From an uncultured Actinomycetes bacterium (GTDB lineage: Bacteria; Actinomycetota; UBA4738; HRBIN12): DNA of 64,000 nt. This document shows, in pieces, positions 61,755 through 64,000 of the stretch; within the stretch, counting starts at the first letter, position 1, and each line of letters begins with the position of its first letter. Position numbers and translations under genes: made by a program. The notes below the pieces were generated by a model. That model was not told the origin of the DNA and made no database searches. It saw only the letters and a program-made list of their open reading frames with translations. Location: positions 97,603 to 161,602 of the forward strand of contig CAVPLL010000001.1 of assembly GCA_963706005.1 (NCBI GenBank). Reading direction: 5' to 3'.

Positions 61755-62894
61755 TCAGGCAGCGAGCGTGATGGTCTTCCCGCTGTTCGGCGTTGGGTTG
61801 AACGTGCGTCGAGCGACCCCGCTCCACACGATGAGCTCCTCGCCCGTCCAGGCGATCTGGCTCGCCCACCGCGAGTTGAGCGGCGAGTGGCCCGCCGGGA
61901 CGCTCTCCCACGTCTCGGATGCGAGCGTGTAGATCTGGAGCGCGTCCTTCCCGCACGCCGCCACGTATCGATCGACCAGGAACGCCACCTGGCGGTCCGC
62001 GGAATCCTCGACCGCGCACGGGGCCGTCGCCCCGCTGCGCCACTGGTCCGTCGCCGGGTCGTAGAACACGATGCTCGAGCGATCGTCGCCGGTGCCGAAG
62101 ACCTCGGTCCCGGTCCAGCCGACCGGCGTGAACGACGTGGCGGGCGCGCTCGTCAGATCGATCTCCTCCATCTGGTCCGTCTCGAGGTCGTAGGCGAGGA
62201 AGACCGGCCTCGTCGTGCAGGGGTACTGTGGGCAGTCGTACGCGAGCCCGCCGACGAACAGGCGGTCTCCGGACCAAACGGCGCCACTCGGCAACAGGCC
62301 GTCCAGAGCGTTCAGGCCGGGCAACCGGCGCCAGGAGTCCGTTCGAGGATCCACGGCCGCGGCGATCGGGCGAGCGAGCGCGTCACCGGACGAGCCGCCG
62401 ACGATGACGAGCTCGGCCCCCGTCCACGCGGACACGTACCCCTCCCGCGCTCCGAGCGGTCCACGGGATAGGCGGCGCCACCGATCCGTCCTCGGGTTGT
62501 AGACGGCGCCGCGTGCGGGACCGTCGGGCGAGTTACCCGCCCAGAACACGGCGCGCCGTCCGGTCCAGGCCGCCGCCTGCCCGCCGCCGCCCAGCACCCC
62601 CTCCGGCGCCGAGCGGATCGAGCGCCACGAGGCCCGCACGGGATCGAACGCGGCGCCGTCGCCGACGCCTTCGATGTGCTGGCCGCGGACGACGCCTCCC
62701 CACACGATCATCTCCTCGCCCGTCCAGACCACCCCGGCGCTGACGCGTCCGGCGATCGGGGCCTTAGGCATCGGCTGCCAGTTCGGTGGCGGCTGACGGG
62801 AGGCGCCCGACGCCGCGGCGGGGCTCGCGAGCGCCCCCACGAGCGCGAGGACCAGGAACCAGGACCAACGTGATACCGAGCGCAGCCGTCGCAT
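61755..62894 (-). CDS. secreted Kelch-repeat beta-propeller protein
   Basis: ATG at 62894. Signal peptide WSWFLVLALVGALASPAAASGA. Repeated W(T/S)G.E..(V/I)(W/V)GG and DP..D.WR motifs. Confidence 0.75.
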   Translation of the reverse strand: MRRLRSVSRWSWFLVLALVGALASPAAASGASRQPPPNWQPMPKAPIAGRVSAGVVWTGEEMIVWGGVVRGQHIEGVGDGAAFDPVRASWRSIRSAPEGVLGGGGQAAAWTGRRAVFWAGNSPDGPARGAVYNPRTDRWRRLSRGPLGAREGYVSAWTGAELVIVGGSSGDALARPIAAAVDPRTDSWRRLPGLNALDGLLPSGAVWSGDRLFVGGLAYDCPQYPCTTRPVFLAYDLETDQMEEIDLTSAPATSFTPVGWTGTEVFGTGDDRSSIVFYDPATDQWRSGATAPCAVEDSADRQVAFLVDRYVAACGKDALQIYTLASETWESVPAGHSPLNSRWASQIAWTGEELIVWSGVARRTFNPTPNSGKTITLAA

Positions 62895-63016
62895 GCCGAC
62901 CTCCCGAGATGTCTCACCTCTACCATCGCACCCGTCCGCGGATCTGGAGGGGCCGACGGTCCCGGTTCCCGCGGTCCGCACACGGGCGGGAGTGCGCCCG
63001 GCCTGCTCCCGGCCGG

Positions 63017-63661
63017 CTAGCGGTCCTCGAGGTGGCGAAGGACGGCCAGCACACGCCGATGGTCGGTCTCCGCGGGCTGGAGGCCGAGCTTCGTGAAGAT
63101 GTTCGTGACGTGCTTCTCGACCGCGCCCTCCGTGACGACCAGCCGCTGGGCGATGCCCGCGTTCGAAAGGCCCTCGGCCATGAGGGCCAGCACCTCCCGC
63201 TCGCGAGGCGTGAGCTCGTCGTGCGGGTGCCTGCGGGCGCGGGCGAGGAGCTGGGCCACCACCTCGGGGTCGAGGGCCGTCCCACCCTGCGCGACGCGGA
63301 CCAGCGCGTCCAGGAACTCGCGGACGTCGGCGACACGCTGCTTCAGCAGGTAGCCGACGCCGCTGGTGTCGCCCGAGAGCAGCTCGATCGCGTAGCGCTC
63401 CTCGACGTACTGCGAGAGCACCAGGACGGGCGTGCCCGGCCACCGCGACCTGATCTCGGTCGCCGCCCGCAGGCCCTCGTCGGTGAACGTGGGCGGCATG
63501 CGGACGTCGACGATGCACACATCGGGGCGCTCTCGCTCCACGGCCTCGACGAGCCCGAGCGCATCGCCGACCGACGCGACGACCTCGTGCCCGTCATCGG
63601 CGAGCAGGCTGGCGAGACCCTCGCGGAGCAGGACGGCGTCCTCCGCGATCACGACCCGCAC
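63017..63661 (-). CDS. NarL/LuxR-family response regulator
   Basis: Receiver domain VVIAEDAVLLREGL...DVCIVDVRMPP...VLVLSQY. LuxR HTH LTPREREVLALMAEGLSNAGIAQRLVVTEGAVEKHV. Confidence 0.9.
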   Translation of the reverse strand: MRVVIAEDAVLLREGLASLLADDGHEVVASVGDALGLVEAVERERPDVCIVDVRMPPTFTDEGLRAATEIRSRWPGTPVLVLSQYVEERYAIELLSGDTSGVGYLLKQRVADVREFLDALVRVAQGGTALDPEVVAQLLARARRHPHDELTPREREVLALMAEGLSNAGIAQRLVVTEGAVEKHVTNIFTKLGLQPAETDHRRVLAVLRHLEDR

Positions 63662-64000
63662 GGGATCTCCGCCATCAAGACGGTGGGTCCGCCCCGGGGT
63701 GAGAGCAGGTGGAGATCGCCGTCGAGGGCTCGCACGCGGTCGCGGAGACCCGCGAGGCCAGAACCCTCGACGACGACCGCGCCCCCGGTTCCGTCGTCCT
63801 GCACCTGGACCGTGAGCCGGTCGCCGCTCCTACGCACGGTCACGGTCGCCTTCGAGGCCGCGGCGTGCTTGGTGACGTTGGTCAGGGCCTCGCTCACGAC
63901 GAAGTAGGCGGCGGCCTCGATCGACGCCGGCGGCCGTTCGTCGACCTCGACCTCGACCTCGACCGGGATCGGGGAGCGCGCCGCGAGGGAGGACAGCGCC
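63649..64000 (-). CDS. sensor histidine kinase (NarX/DesK-like), C-terminal HATPase part only; N-terminus outside window
   Basis: AAYFVVSEALTNVTKHAAA (N-box), DDGTGGA (G1), GSGLAGLRDRV (G2). Overlaps the response-regulator start by 13 nt. Confidence 0.8.
   Translation of the reverse strand, partial: ALSSLAARSPIPVEVEVEVDERPPASIEAAAYFVVSEALTNVTKHAAASKATVTVRRSGDRLTVQVQDDGTGGAVVVEGSGLAGLRDRVRALDGDLHLLSPRGGPTVLMAEIPCGS

Noticed and set aside
60474-62894. Mobile element or genomic island around the RES-Xre pair
   Set aside because: I could detect no integrase, transposase, tRNA attachment site or flanking repeats. By eye the composition is no different from the surroundings.
63941-63964. Four perfect TCGACC tandem copies as a possible CRISPR or repeat array
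   Set aside because: The 6-nt unit is in-frame coding for VEVEVEVD within the histidine kinase. It is far too short and spacer-less for CRISPR.

Overview
Very GC-rich (about 70% by eye), densely coding chromosomal window with an Actinomycetota-like gene set. The supporting genes are NiSOD sodN/sodX, ino1 with a PadR regulator, a PAC2 protein, and an Rv3908-Rv3912-like murJ/pseudokinase/ECF-sigma cluster. I support about 67 CDS on both strands. Many are linked by 4-nt ATGA/GTGA stop-start overlaps. I recognised no rRNA, tRNA, CRISPR array, transposase or integrase.

Main blocks:
- Menaquinone genes and a MerR regulator (1-2409).
- An eight-gene, tightly coupled cell-envelope operon (2456-10672): NUDIX, TauE, large secreted protein, MurJ, small TM protein, degenerate kinase, ECF sigma, anti-sigma.
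- dedA-pilT, CCA enzyme, P-type ATPase and lepB.
- A molybdate operon with its regulator (17510-20538).
- ychF, sodN/sodX and an RTX-repeat protein.
- tusA-dsrE-like genes and marR-MFS.
- Ser/Thr kinase with an M15 peptidase.
- padR-ino1.
- P450 next to two AmmeMemoRadiSam genes.
- A cyclic-nucleotide cluster (47410-57944): three class III cyclases, a giant transporter-HEAT-cNMP-binding protein, and a ComEC-type MBL protein co-oriented with one cyclase.
- Cupredoxin with a PQQ sugar dehydrogenase.
- A RES-Xre toxin-antitoxin pair.
- Kelch protein with a two-component system.

The best candidates for something undescribed are the MBL-nuclease-like/zinc-ribbon-cyclase pair and the divergent cyclase/cNMP-sensor-transporter pair. 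Neither is proven.

Limits: all calls rest on motif recognition in the supplied translations and on manual reading of the DNA. No database search was run. Start codons are often uncertain by tens of nucleotides. The ORF track extends each ORF to the most upstream ATG/GTG, which frequently over-extends it in this GC-rich DNA.
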